Positions 48,378 to 56,811 of a stretch of DNA of 59,396 nt are shown in pieces. Below the pieces are notes generated by a model. It did no database searches and was not told the DNA's origin. It saw only the letters and a list, made by a program, of their open reading frames with translations. The position numbers and the translations under genes are program-made. Location of the stretch: positions 1 to 59,396 of the IMG/VR virus record IMGVR_UViG_3300044535_000237; one strand, written 5' to 3'. Positions within the stretch are counted from its first letter, which is position 1. Each line of letters begins with the position of its first letter. The stretch is from a virus. Lineage: Duplodnaviria > Caudoviricetes.

Positions 48378-48507
48378 TAGCCTACTATCACGCGCAGGCT
48401 CCAAAATTAAGGGTCAAACCAGAATTAAACCCCAAAAACCCGTATAATAAACACATGGGCGAAAGAGACCAAAACAAACATTAACTTATTTACTCAAGGA
48501 AATTATC

Positions 48508-49023
48508 ATGGCTAGAATTGCAAAACCCGTCACATTCGCACGCGCTATCTCTGACAAGCGCGAGTCACTCGCACAAGCTCGCAATGATGTGAAAGAGCTC
48601 GAGTCACAATCTAAAGAGTTTATTGCCGCGTACGCCGTCGTCAACGCGATAATTGAAAACGCCCAGCAAATCGGATTTGCAAAGCATTTTTATGCGCGTC
48701 CTACAACTTACCTGAAATGGGACGGTAATTATCGCAATGAATTGAATGTGTCAATTGAAGACACAGTAACATCGCTGAAAGACGGCGCAGTTCCTGCTTT
48801 GCTCGAAGCGATCGGCACGTACGGTTTCGAGTGCGATAGCACATTCGATTATGCGCTAGAGTTTGTTGCCTCCCGCGTTTTTCGTCACACGGCGAAAATC
48901 GGTTCAGTAGACGTCACAATTCGAGTCGAAGCAAATATTGCAGACGGTTCAGAATCTTGCAAAAAGGTTCAGACCGGCATAAAGCTTGAAGAGACCGCGG
49001 TTTATGAAATCGTTTGCTCTTGA
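48508..49023 (+). CDS. Hypothetical early protein
   Basis: AAGGA RBS; TATAAT at 48443; ACTTATTTACT leader. Confidence 0.75.
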   Translation: MARIAKPVTFARAISDKRESLAQARNDVKELESQSKEFIAAYAVVNAIIENAQQIGFAKHFYARPTTYLKWDGNYRNELNVSIEDTVTSLKDGAVPALLEAIGTYGFECDSTFDYALEFVASRVFRHTAKIGSVDVTIRVEANIADGSESCKKVQTGIKLEETAVYEIVCS

Positions 49024-49105
49024 TATTCTGAGCGCAATCGCGGTGGGCCTCGCGCTCACCGCGCTAGCACTACATTATTTTGACGTTCTCTTCTTCTGAA
49101 GCCGG

Positions 49106-49128
49106 GCCCGCATTCGCGGGCTTTTTTT
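49106..49128 (+). terminator. Rho-independent terminator
   Basis: GCCCGC-ATTC-GCGGGC followed by T7. Confidence 0.85.
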
Positions 49129-49135
49129 CGTCCCA

Positions 49136-49156
49136 AAACTATCACTACTATCACAT
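49136..49156 (+). repeat. 21-bp direct repeat AAACTATCACTACTATCACAT (second copy at 50092-50112)
   Basis: Identical copies, each just after a terminator. The ACTATCAC core also occurs at 48384, 49255 and 50133. Confidence 0.85.
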
Positions 49157-49272
49157 TTTCCACTTGACAAGATAGCTAAGTTAGTATCCACTAACATTTC
49201 AGTATGCGATGAGTGACGCACGACGGATGACGGACGACGTATGTACCCCTAACTACTATCACCCGCGACCAC

Positions 49273-49288
49273 AAATCCCATGGGATTA
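49273..49288. promoter_or_regulatory. Dyad variant AAATCCCATGGGATTA abutting a -35 box
   Basis: One arm mismatch to the consensus palindrome. Confidence 0.7.
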
Positions 49289-49289
49289 G

Positions 49290-49319
49290 TTGCGCCTTAT
49301 GAGCAAGTTGTGGTATACT
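49290..49319 (+). promoter_or_regulatory. Putative sigma70 promoter (TTGCGC-18-TATACT, extended -10)
   Basis: TGgTATACT upstream of the 49388 gene. Confidence 0.6.
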
Positions 49320-49387
49320 TGACGTATGCCAAGTGAGGCATGCCCGCCTAGGGGTTTTCTAGGTTACTTGTTTACTAAGGAGCTCAC

Positions 49388-50029
49388 ATGAGCAAAGCAA
49401 TCAAAGCCGCCACTGTTACAGTGGCAACACGCGACGCGGCCATTGGCACGTTGATCAACGAAGCCGGTCAAGCCGCCCAAAGCATGTTGACCAAGTGCAA
49501 AGAAGCCGCCCAAAAAGCGGCCGGTCAACTTGACGCGACAAAACCAATGGGTGACCGGATCGCGGGTGTAGTGTCACTTTACGCGGCCGATTTCACAGCG
49601 GCCGGTCATAACGTCAAAGCATTATTTGTAGATGCCCTCACTTTGCACGCGGCCGCCCAGTGCCCCGTTATGGTGAACACCATTGGCAAAGACGGGAAAA
49701 AAGTGGACACGCCGTCAACGGCGGCCGAGGCGGTCAACATGCCCAAGCATGCAATGCGAGACGCGGCCAAGCAAGTTCGCGAAGTGCACGGGATCGGCCG
49801 CAAAACCGGAGGCGGCCGCAAAACCACAGTGGCCAAAACACCAACGGCCGCGCCCGCGCCTGATATGGTCAAAACAGAGACGGACAAATTTTCCGCATGG
49901 TTAGATGATATGGACGTTTATTTCAAAGATGCGGTTTTTCACCCGCGCATTGTCGCGCACATGATAACCCTAGGCTATAGCGTCAACAAAGCGGCCAAGG
50001 GTAAAGTGGTCAAGGGCTCCGCGACCTAA
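49388..50029 (+). CDS. Hypothetical Ala/Lys-rich early protein
   Basis: AAGGAG RBS; flanked by its own promoter and terminator. Confidence 0.8.
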   Translation: MSKAIKAATVTVATRDAAIGTLINEAGQAAQSMLTKCKEAAQKAAGQLDATKPMGDRIAGVVSLYAADFTAAGHNVKALFVDALTLHAAAQCPVMVNTIGKDGKKVDTPSTAAEAVNMPKHAMRDAAKQVREVHGIGRKTGGGRKTTVAKTPTAAPAPDMVKTETDKFSAWLDDMDVYFKDAVFHPRIVAHMITLGYSVNKAAKGKVVKGSAT

Positions 50030-50048
50030 ACCAACCGGTTCACCGGCC

Positions 50049-50072
50049 AAACCCCCGCAAGGGGGTTTTTTT
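50049..50072 (+). terminator. Rho-independent terminator
   Basis: AAACCCCC-GCAA-GGGGG followed by T7. Confidence 0.88.
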
Positions 50073-50196
50073 CGTCCAAATTTTTTGGCCGAAACTATCA
50101 CTACTATCACATCGTGCCATGCACTAAAAACTACTATCACGCGCGGCCCAGTATGCGACGATGTACGCGGTACGCATGTCGTATGCATGACGAATT

Positions 50197-50212
50197 TAAT
50201 CCCGTGGGATTA
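50197..50212. promoter_or_regulatory. 16-bp dyad TAATCCCGTGGGATTA
   Basis: Consensus palindrome in non-coding DNA. Confidence 0.75.
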
Positions 50213-50269
50213 CTTAGAGTGTTGTAGATTGACAACTTTCCTTTAACCATGCGGGTTGCGACGTAAGTG

Positions 50270-50680
50270 AACGCTTTTTTAGATTACACGAAACTTACAA
50301 ATCTAAATTAGTTTGCTTGTTTAATTGTACGTATGTTGTATGGATGAGCTAAGTTGTTGATTCTAAAGGCTTTTTTCGGGTAGCGGGCACTGGGGACTGG
50401 CATATATATATATAAATTAGTTAATTAGTTAATAGTTAGTAGTATTAGAGAGCAAAAGGTAAATTCCTGTAGCCTGTTCAAGTGTTTCGGCGTGTAACGT
50501 ATGCAACCCCCCAAACTATTTACTCTCTAGCCTGAAAACCCAACTAATTGACTAAAGTGAGCAAAATCAATGACTTACAATTTTTAGTCTGACTAATTTC
50601 CCAACTAACCCATCTATTGGGCTGACTAATTGCCCGAACTAACCAACATCCAAATGTGTTGTTGTATGGGACTAATTTAT
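50270..50680. other. AT-rich non-coding region with inverted iteron-like repeats (candidate origin)
   Basis: (AT)n tract at 50402, ATTAGTT runs on the left, ACTAAT/ACTAAC runs on the right; TGACTAATT.CCC.AACTAACC twice. Confidence 0.5.
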
Positions 50681-50692
50681 CTACCCCTTGAG

Positions 50693-50721
50693 TTGACAAC
50701 AACACATTTACGTGGTACAAT
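50693..50721 (+). promoter_or_regulatory. Strong sigma70 promoter TTGACA-17-TACAAT (extended -10)
   Basis: TTGACAacaacacatttacgTGgTACAAT. Confidence 0.8.
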
Positions 50722-50776
50722 GTACCCATCAAGTCGAAAAGCCCTCAAGCAAATCGATGCGATAAACGTCCCGCAC

Positions 50777-50792
50777 TAATCCCGCGGGATTA
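50777..50792. promoter_or_regulatory. Perfect 16-bp palindrome TAATCCCGCGGGATTA
   Basis: Between the promoter and the RBS of the 50829 gene. Confidence 0.75.
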
Positions 50793-50828
50793 ACTCCCTC
50801 ACTTATTTACGTATCACTGGAGATCATC

Positions 50829-51599
50829 ATGACAACAAATGCACATGTTGCCGCACGCTTTGCGTCTGCGGCTAAGAAACTCGTCGGCACTGAAATGCGC
50901 TCACTTGGTGTAGGCACTAATATGTCTGCACGCAACCCGACACTTTCCCAACAAACGTCAATCAACCTAGAATCTGACGGGCACTTCGACGTGTTAGCCA
51001 TCGGCTATTCATACACCACAGAAGTTGCTCAGTTAGTACACAACAACCACACAAACAACGTGGAGCTATGGATGCACGTAAGCGCATTCTCACCAACAAC
51101 CAAGCAACACAAGTCTTTGTACTTCAATGCTTTTTTGGAGCAACAAAAGGATGCAGGCGTGCCCTATGAAGTTGCCGTCAAGAAAGTTTACCGCACTGGG
51201 TGTTTCGAGCAGGGTTACCGCACACGGCAAAGGTGGACTGACAAATCCCGCAGTCATTTCAACGCGCTGACTAAACCACATCGTGCCGAGGCTTGCCAAT
51301 ATGGCATGGATTACGACCATGCTATGAACAGTCTGGAAGAGGCCGCGACTCGCCCTCGGTTGCATGATGCAACGAGGTTTGCACTTTTATACGATGCTCG
51401 GGCTCACCTTGAGAGTTGCATTCGCAACGTGTCGCAGGACGTTAACCCCAGTTCAGTCATTGCCTTATCACACGACAACCCTGAGTTCTTGGACGCATGC
51501 CGCGACGTGCTTGACTTCATCTTTGTCGTGTGCGACTACCCCGTCAAGCAGATGCGCGTAGCAACGGCCGGTTTTGTAGCCCTTCACACCAACAACTAA
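50829..51599 (+). CDS. Hypothetical early protein (256 aa)
   Basis: GGAG RBS; its stop TAA is the first three bases of a dyad. Confidence 0.8.
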   Translation: MTTNAHVAARFASAAKKLVGTEMRSLGVGTNMSARNPTLSQQTSINLESDGHFDVLAIGYSYTTEVAQLVHNNHTNNVELWMHVSAFSPTTKQHKSLYFNAFLEQQKDAGVPYEVAVKKVYRTGCFEQGYRTRQRWTDKSRSHFNALTKPHRAEACQYGMDYDHAMNSLEEAATRPRLHDATRFALLYDARAHLESCIRNVSQDVNPSSVIALSHDNPEFLDACRDVLDFIFVVCDYPVKQMRVATAGFVALHTNN

Positions 51600-51612
51600 T
51601 CCCACGGGATTA
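51597..51612. promoter_or_regulatory. 16-bp dyad TAATCCCACGGGATTA overlapping a stop codon
   Basis: Exact consensus, followed directly by AAGGA RBS. Confidence 0.75.
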
Positions 51613-51623
51613 AAGGAAATATC

Positions 51624-52040
51624 ATGGACAAAACACTTAAAAGCTATCAACTCACGATCTATTCGGTTGTGACCAAACTACACACTGTGGAAGCATCCAG
51701 TATTGAGGAGGCTAAAACAATGGGAGGTGACATCATGAGCCCCTTGGAATTTGGCGATGAGGGCTCAGACTCGCACTGGAATCAGTCTGTGATTGCCGTC
51801 AAGGAATTGCCGTACCACCTGCGCAACTTGACACTGGAGGAAGTTGCGTTTGTCGACGCATATTGCAGGGCGGTAGCGGTAGCCCCGCGTTCAGAGGTTG
51901 TGCGATTTATGGCCACTGACTCTGAGTACCGGTCTAGCCGTGAGTTCTACGACTCGATGGGTGAGTATTACACGTCCATCATGGACGCTAAAGAGGTTTG
52001 GTATTTCGCAATGCAGTTTGCGACGGAGGTTCGGAAATGA
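51624..52040 (+). CDS. Hypothetical early protein
   Basis: AAGGA RBS; VEA.S.EEA motif common in small phage proteins. Confidence 0.75.
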   Translation: MDKTLKSYQLTIYSVVTKLHTVEASSIEEAKTMGGDIMSPLEFGDEGSDSHWNQSVIAVKELPYHLRNLTLEEVAFVDAYCRAVAVAPRSEVVRFMATDSEYRSSREFYDSMGEYYTSIMDAKEVWYFAMQFATEVRK

Positions 52041-52321
52041 GCAGACTCAAAAACTTAATCATCGACTTGCTCGAGGATCACCACCCTGCAGAACTGGAAG
52101 AGATCACGGGTGCAGACTGGGATACGTGTTTCAAGCTCGTGCATGAGATACGCAAGGATGGGGGCTTTGACTCCAACGACTGGGAACCGGTGAAGTCCGG
52201 TGACATATGGGCGATCTACGGCAAGACCTTCTCGGCTGAGTGGATCGATGAGCATGGCGAGTGCCTAGCGTTTGACACCAAGCGCGAAGCTAATGAATAT
52301 ATCAGGGAAAACATTAAATGA
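52037..52321 (+). CDS. Hypothetical acidic protein
   Basis: GGAGG RBS; ATGA coupling. Confidence 0.7.
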   Translation: MSRLKNLIIDLLEDHHPAELEEITGADWDTCFKLVHEIRKDGGFDSNDWEPVKSGDIWAIYGKTFSAEWIDEHGECLAFDTKREANEYIRENIK

Positions 52322-52506
52322 ACGAAACAAATCAAATGATTTTAAACATCGGCTTTGATGCGGGCGATGGTTGGCAAGAACGGTTAGCTGACGCATTACT
52401 TGCAATTCAAGCACATGTGCGCGAAAGTGAGACCTTGCGTGTAGCTGACACACTCGACGGCACTAACTTCACGGCGACGTATACCCTTTTCGGAGAACTT
52501 AAATGA
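52318..52506 (+). CDS. Hypothetical protein
   Basis: ATGA coupling on both sides. Confidence 0.6.
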   Translation: MNETNQMILNIGFDAGDGWQERLADALLAIQAHVRESETLRVADTLDGTNFTATYTLFGELK

Positions 52507-52661
52507 CTGATCGCAAAAAAGCAGAACTGTTGGGTGAGGCACTGAACAACCTCATGCAATCCGCTCACAACTACATCGAGGATGGATCATGGTTGAATGA
52601 CGTGCTCTATGACATTCAGCACGCACGAGACTTGATAAAAAGAATTGAGGCTGAAAAATGA
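52503..52661 (+). CDS. Hypothetical protein, 52 aa
   Basis: Hand-translated MTDRKKAELLGEALNNLMQSAHNYIEDGSWL...; GGAG RBS; ATGA coupling. Confidence 0.6.
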   Translation: MTDRKKAELLGEALNNLMQSAHNYIEDGSWLNDVLYDIQHARDLIKRIEAEK

Positions 52662-52747
52662 TGACCAAATGGGAAAAACTGGAGCGCGTTGTGCTCTTGC
52701 TTGGGATTATTGTTGTGTTACTTGACTTATTTATTTGGAGACCGTAA
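52658..52747 (+). CDS. Single-TM micro-protein, 29 aa
   Basis: Hand-translated MMTKWEKLERVVLLLGIIVVLLDLFIWRP; coupled at both ends. Confidence 0.55.
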   Translation: MMTKWEKLERVVLLLGIIVVLLDLFIWRP

Positions 52748-53031
52748 TGACTTTTACCATACATGAAACCTTTGAATACAGCATCGGTGAGTTTGCTTTG
52801 CCGTACCTTATCAATGCCGACTCGACGGGGCTCAATGACGAGGAACATTCTCTTGTAGATGAGTGGTTCGACTCGAGCACTGACCAGTGGCGAGACGCTG
52901 ACGACAACTTGTGGGTGTATACCCACATGTCTGTGGTTGAGGATTCTCGTGAAGAGTTTGCGTACGACGACATCACCGGCCACTACGGCACGACGCAAAA
53001 AGTCATTTTGTTTTTTATCAGAGTAGTCTAA
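52747..53031 (+). CDS. Hypothetical acidic protein
   Basis: TAATG coupling; LPYLIN.D.TGL.DEE motif; stop lies inside a dyad. Confidence 0.7.
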   Translation: MTFTIHETFEYSIGEFALPYLINADSTGLNDEEHSLVDEWFDSSTDQWRDADDNLWVYTHMSVVEDSREEFAYDDITGHYGTTQKVILFFIRVV

Positions 53032-53044
53032 TCCCACGGGATTA
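53029..53044. promoter_or_regulatory. 16-bp dyad TAATCCCACGGGATTA overlapping a stop codon
   Basis: Exact consensus. Confidence 0.75.
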
Positions 53045-53058
53045 AGAAAGGAACTATT

Positions 53059-53463
53059 ATGGGATACCGATCAGACGTAAAGTATGTCTTACTATTTAAT
53101 ACTGACGAGCAACGCCAAGCGTTTAAGTTGGAGGCAATGCTCATTGCCGCTGACATTGAGTCAGGGCTAGACGTTATCAACAACGACTGGGAATATAAAA
53201 TCGACCTGCACGATGAGGACTTTCCATACCAGATACGTACGCATTACGAGGACGTTAAGTGGTACGAGTCAACGCCATGGGTTAGCCTGCAGGAAAAACT
53301 CATGGACTTGGTTGTCAGTGACTACGGGGGAGGGTATGTGTTCCTGCGGTTAGGCGAGGAAAACGATGACGTGGAATGCGACCATGACTGCTCGGGTGAG
53401 CGCGATACCTATTTGTACGCCGACAACTATGTCGAAGTCATTCGTAAATCTGAATTTGTTTAA
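53059..53463 (+). CDS. Hypothetical acidic protein (MGYRSDV...VKWY...F.RLGEE..D family)
   Basis: AAGGA RBS; recognisable recurring phage motif of unknown function. Confidence 0.75.
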   Translation: MGYRSDVKYVLLFNTDEQRQAFKLEAMLIAADIESGLDVINNDWEYKIDLHDEDFPYQIRTHYEDVKWYESTPWVSLQEKLMDLVVSDYGGGYVFLRLGEENDDVECDHDCSGERDTYLYADNYVEVIRKSEFV

Positions 53464-53472
53464 GGGGCAATC

Positions 53473-54075
53473 ATGAGCTATGACGATATAACACATGAGG
53501 AAATGTTCACGCACAAGTGCGGCAAGGTGTACCGCGTGCGTTGGCTACCGGACTATGACACAGACTCTCCGCTCGAGTGGTCAGACAATCACGGGGTTGT
53601 TGTCGAGATGGATTGGAACCCGCTGAATGCCGAGCAGATGGAGCAGCACATCGTTGACGAAGAGCCTGATCTTGAGGAAGAGACGCGCCTTCGCATGCTG
53701 AAACCACTGTTTACAAATACAGGCCGACAGGTACGCAAGTTGTACTACGACATCTTCTCGTCGCTAGAAGTTGCACGCAGGGAGTGGGGGCAACCTACGC
53801 CCGAGGATCGCCTTCGTGCAGTGGAGCAGGACTACAAGTATCTGAAGGGTTGGTACGATAACGACTGGCATTGGGTGCATCTTGAGGTAACACTCATGGT
53901 TGATGGCGTGCCTGACTTCACGCATCAGTACAACGTAGGCGGATACGAGAGCGGCCTTGCGCTTGACACTGACTTGGAAGAAGACAAGATCGACACGATC
54001 AATCAGGCCATCAAAGAACTGGAATGGGATAGACGCGAGTCATTGCATCCCGGACAACTGGAGTTAGCACTATGA
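53473..54075 (+). CDS. Hypothetical acidic protein
   Basis: AGGGG RBS; D..YL.GW...DWHW motif. Confidence 0.75.
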   Translation: MSYDDITHEEMFTHKCGKVYRVRWLPDYDTDSPLEWSDNHGVVVEMDWNPLNAEQMEQHIVDEEPDLEEETRLRMLKPLFTNTGRQVRKLYYDIFSSLEVARREWGQPTPEDRLRAVEQDYKYLKGWYDNDWHWVHLEVTLMVDGVPDFTHQYNVGGYESGLALDTDLEEDKIDTINQAIKELEWDRRESLHPGQLELAL

Positions 54076-54314
54076 AACGAATGACTGACAAAGATCGCAT
54101 GGTCATCATGCGTGCAGAATTGGCTTTGATTGTTGAAGCTAAGGACATGCCGAAACACGTGGCCAGTTGGAGCTATGAACAACTCAAAGAAATCCTCGAG
54201 CACGCCAAAGACACTGGAGCAATCCCGTGGCACGTATACGCTGACGAAGATTTGTACGCTGAGCATCAAGACAAACTATCACGAAGCAAATTGCGCGGGT
54301 CGCCCTTAGCTTGA
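54072..54314 (+). CDS. Hypothetical protein
   Basis: ATGA coupling; GGAG RBS. Confidence 0.65.
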   Translation: MKRMTDKDRMVIMRAELALIVEAKDMPKHVASWSYEQLKEILEHAKDTGAIPWHVYADEDLYAEHQDKLSRSKLRGSPLA

Positions 54315-54339
54315 CAACTGGGCAATAACCTGTTACAAT
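54311..54339 (+). promoter_or_regulatory. Strong sigma70 promoter TTGACA-17-TACAAT (extended -10)
   Basis: TTGACAactgggcaataaccTGtTACAAT. Confidence 0.8.
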
Positions 54340-54383
54340 AATGACATGGACTAGGGGATCGCCCACACCCTTAGTTCTTTCCG

Positions 54384-54399
54384 TAATCCCGTGGGATTA
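54384..54399. promoter_or_regulatory. 16-bp dyad TAATCCCGTGGGATTA plus ACTTGTTTACT leader
   Basis: About 45 bp downstream of the -10 box. Confidence 0.75.
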
Positions 54400-54423
54400 A
54401 CTTGTTTACTTATGGAGATCATC

Positions 54424-54795
54424 ATGGATCAATCACAACTGTTATCTATTTTCGGCGGCGTGTACGACAAACTTGTGTCGGACGTTGCAGACGCAGTTAT
54501 CAGCAAAATGAAAGCTGAGACTCAGGCCGTGCTTGCGCTTGACGCAGACACATTAAAAGCATCGCTTCTTGAGCTACTCAATGACGATGACCAAACACAG
54601 GAAGCTGTGCGCGAGGCGTCGGTTGTCTACATCGACGATCAGGTCACTAGTAAGGTTGAGGACGCAATGAACGACTTCGACTTCGAGTCCAAGATCGACG
54701 ACGTTGTTGACCAGAAGCTAGAGAACTTCGAGCCCAACTTCTCAGGCGGTGACTTCGAAGAAGCCGTCAAGACCGTCATTCGTGACGCCCTCTAA
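54424..54795 (+). CDS. Hypothetical highly acidic helical protein
   Basis: GGAG RBS before MDQSQ; D/E-rich C-terminus; stop lies inside a dyad. Confidence 0.75.
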   Translation: MDQSQLLSIFGGVYDKLVSDVADAVISKMKAETQAVLALDADTLKASLLELLNDDDQTQEAVREASVVYIDDQVTSKVEDAMNDFDFESKIDDVVDQKLENFEPNFSGGDFEEAVKTVIRDAL

Positions 54796-54808
54796 TCCCA
54801 CGGGATTA
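54793..54808. promoter_or_regulatory. 16-bp dyad TAATCCCACGGGATTA overlapping a stop codon
   Basis: Exact consensus. Confidence 0.75.
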
Positions 54809-54829
54809 GCCTTTTAACTGGAGAACATT

Positions 54830-55711
54830 ATGTCTATTAAAGATCACGCACTGTTAGTTTCCCTCACTGTCAACAAACCACAGATGACACAGAAGGACGG
54901 CAAGGCTACGGCCGATGCCGAGTCTGCCAACAACGCCCATGGTGCAGGGCAGTATCGCAAGGACTTGTACCCCAAGTCACTGGTGCAACCGATCGTTGCA
55001 GTGGAGACGCAAGCCCGTGCCTACATTGACAGCACCACATACCCGTGGCACAGAGGCGAGGACTTGTTGCCCTCTTCACGTTTCATGCAGTTCGCTGACC
55101 GCATGGCCAAGTTCGATCTCGAGTTCGATCAGGCGGTGACTGCGTTCCTCAACAACTGGAGCAACGTCATGATGCTTGCACAGAATAGTCAGGGCGGGTT
55201 GTTTGATCCCAACGCATACCCTGACTTGTCTGACCTACGCAGATCGTTTCGCTTCCGCATCAACTACCGCCCCGTCACTGACATGGGTGACTTCCGCGTA
55301 TCCATGCAAGAGGAAGAGCTCAGCACCTTGCGTCAGCAAGTTGAGGAGGCGACAAAGGAATCGATGAACGCGATCATGCGTGCACCCCTCGAGCGTCTGA
55401 AGCAAGTGGTTGCTCGCTTACATGATGTGACCGGCAAGGGTGAGCGTGAGATCATCAACAAGAGAACCGGTATCGGTGAGATTCGATCGCCCATCTTCCG
55501 CGACTCGGTGTGTGAGAACATTGCCGAAGAGATAAACTTGTTGCATGACTTCGCTGACATTCTTCCGGACAACATCCTTGCACTGGCAAAGACAGTCATC
55601 GACACGACGCCGCATCCACAACAGTTGCGCGACGACCCCGAGAAACGTAAGGCGGTTAACGTGCAGACAACTGCACTGCTTGCGTCCATCGACGAGATGC
55701 TCGAGTTCTGA
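54830..55711 (+). CDS. DUF3150-like protein
   Basis: ALLV.L.V, K.L, R......T.PW...G..LLP...F, YP....LR..F, FRDS...N motifs; adjacent to the MoxR ATPase. Confidence 0.6.
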   Translation: MSIKDHALLVSLTVNKPQMTQKDGKATADAESANNAHGAGQYRKDLYPKSLVQPIVAVETQARAYIDSTTYPWHRGEDLLPSSRFMQFADRMAKFDLEFDQAVTAFLNNWSNVMMLAQNSQGGLFDPNAYPDLSDLRRSFRFRINYRPVTDMGDFRVSMQEEELSTLRQQVEEATKESMNAIMRAPLERLKQVVARLHDVTGKGEREIINKRTGIGEIRSPIFRDSVCENIAEEINLLHDFADILPDNILALAKTVIDTTPHPQQLRDDPEKRKAVNVQTTALLASIDEMLEF

Positions 55712-55712
55712 T

Positions 55713-55741
55713 TTGCACTTGACTCAGAACCCTAGTAAGAT
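55713..55741 (+). promoter_or_regulatory. Putative sigma70 promoter TTGCAC-17-TAAGAT
   Basis: Spacing and hexamer match; a dyad lies 18 bp downstream. Confidence 0.55.
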
Positions 55742-55759
55742 AGGCACACACGGGAGCCT

Positions 55760-55775
55760 TAATCCCGTGGGATTA
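55760..55775. promoter_or_regulatory. 16-bp dyad TAATCCCGTGGGATTA plus ACTTGTTTACT leader
   Basis: Exact consensus upstream of the ATPase. Confidence 0.75.
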
Positions 55776-55803
55776 AAAACTTGTTTACTTAAAGGAAATC
55801 ATC

Positions 55804-56811
55804 ATGCGTATTGCACACGTTACCCCCATCCTCGTTAAGCGTTACCTCAACGACAACACACGAGCACGTACAACCTTTTTGCGCGGCCCGTCGGGTATCG
55901 GCAAGTCGGAGGTTGTGTTCCAGACAAGCAAGCTATTGTCTGAGCATGTATCCAACTGGCAGGGTGTAGTTGACCTACGTCTCGCACAGATGGAGCCCAC
56001 TGATTTGCGCGGTATCCCGCACGTTGTCGATGGCCGCACACACTGGGCACGCCCTGACTTTCTGCCCGCAGATGGCGCGGGTATTCTGTTCCTCGACGAG
56101 ATCACATCAGCACCGCCCTCAGTGCAGGCGGCCGCGTACCAGTTGTGCCTGACGCCCGAGGACTTTGGCATCCCCGCAGAGTGGATGGTCATTGCCGCAG
56201 GCAATCGCAAGACCGACCGAGGCGTGACGTACAACCTAGCCGCACCACTACAGAACCGCATGTGTGACATCGAAGTCAACACAACGATCGACGACTTCAC
56301 ATCGCACGCCATCACACGTGGCATTCGTCCAGAGATTCTGGCCTTGTTACAAGACCGCCCTGACTTGTTGCACAAGTTCGAGCCCACTGGTGACATTCGT
56401 CCCTTCCCCTCACCTCGCTCATGGTTCGCTGTGTCGCACACACTGGAGCTTGACCTCCCTGTGCAGGATCGCGTCGAGCTTATCAAGGGTGACGTTGGTG
56501 AAGAGGCGGCCATGATCTTCGAGACACACTTGCGTGTGTGGGAGTCGATGCCACGTATCGAGGACATTCTGCAAGGCAAGGACGTGCCTGTGCCCAAGGA
56601 ACTCAACGTACGCTATTGCGTCGCAATGGGATTGGCTACGCGCCTTGATGCTACCAACTTTGACAAGGCATGGAAGTTCTTGTCCAAGATGCCCGGTGAT
56701 GTACAGACACTTACGATTAAACTTGCACACAAACGTGACCGCACGATCACTAAGAGTTCAGCGTTCACCCAGTGGGCTATCGCGAACCAAGCCGCGTTTG
56801 CGATGAAATGA
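55804..56811 (+). CDS. MoxR-like AAA+ ATPase
   Basis: Walker A GPSGIGKS, D.RL....P.DL.GIP, Walker B ILFLDEI, AAGN...D, L.NR, PSPRSW. Confidence 0.92.
   Translation: MRIAHVTPILVKRYLNDNTRARTTFLRGPSGIGKSEVVFQTSKLLSEHVSNWQGVVDLRLAQMEPTDLRGIPHVVDGRTHWARPDFLPADGAGILFLDEITSAPPSVQAAAYQLCLTPEDFGIPAEWMVIAAGNRKTDRGVTYNLAAPLQNRMCDIEVNTTIDDFTSHAITRGIRPEILALLQDRPDLLHKFEPTGDIRPFPSPRSWFAVSHTLELDLPVQDRVELIKGDVGEEAAMIFETHLRVWESMPRIEDILQGKDVPVPKELNVRYCVAMGLATRLDATNFDKAWKFLSKMPGDVQTLTIKLAHKRDRTITKSSAFTQWAIANQAAFAMK

Noticed and set aside
49164-49195. TTGACA at 49164 as a promoter
   Set aside because: No acceptable -10 hexamer at 16-18 bp spacing.
51597-51612. Dyads as intrinsic terminators
   Set aside because: No consistent U-tract, a very short loop, and both central orientations occur. 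True terminators here (49106, 50049, 40412) look different.
55842-56606. Long antisense ORF (254 aa) opposite the MoxR ATPase, and similar shadow ORFs (e.g. 41324-41965, 46615-47184, 21783-22298)
   Set aside because: They lie opposite well-supported genes, lack an RBS or recognisable motifs, and are explained by codon bias.
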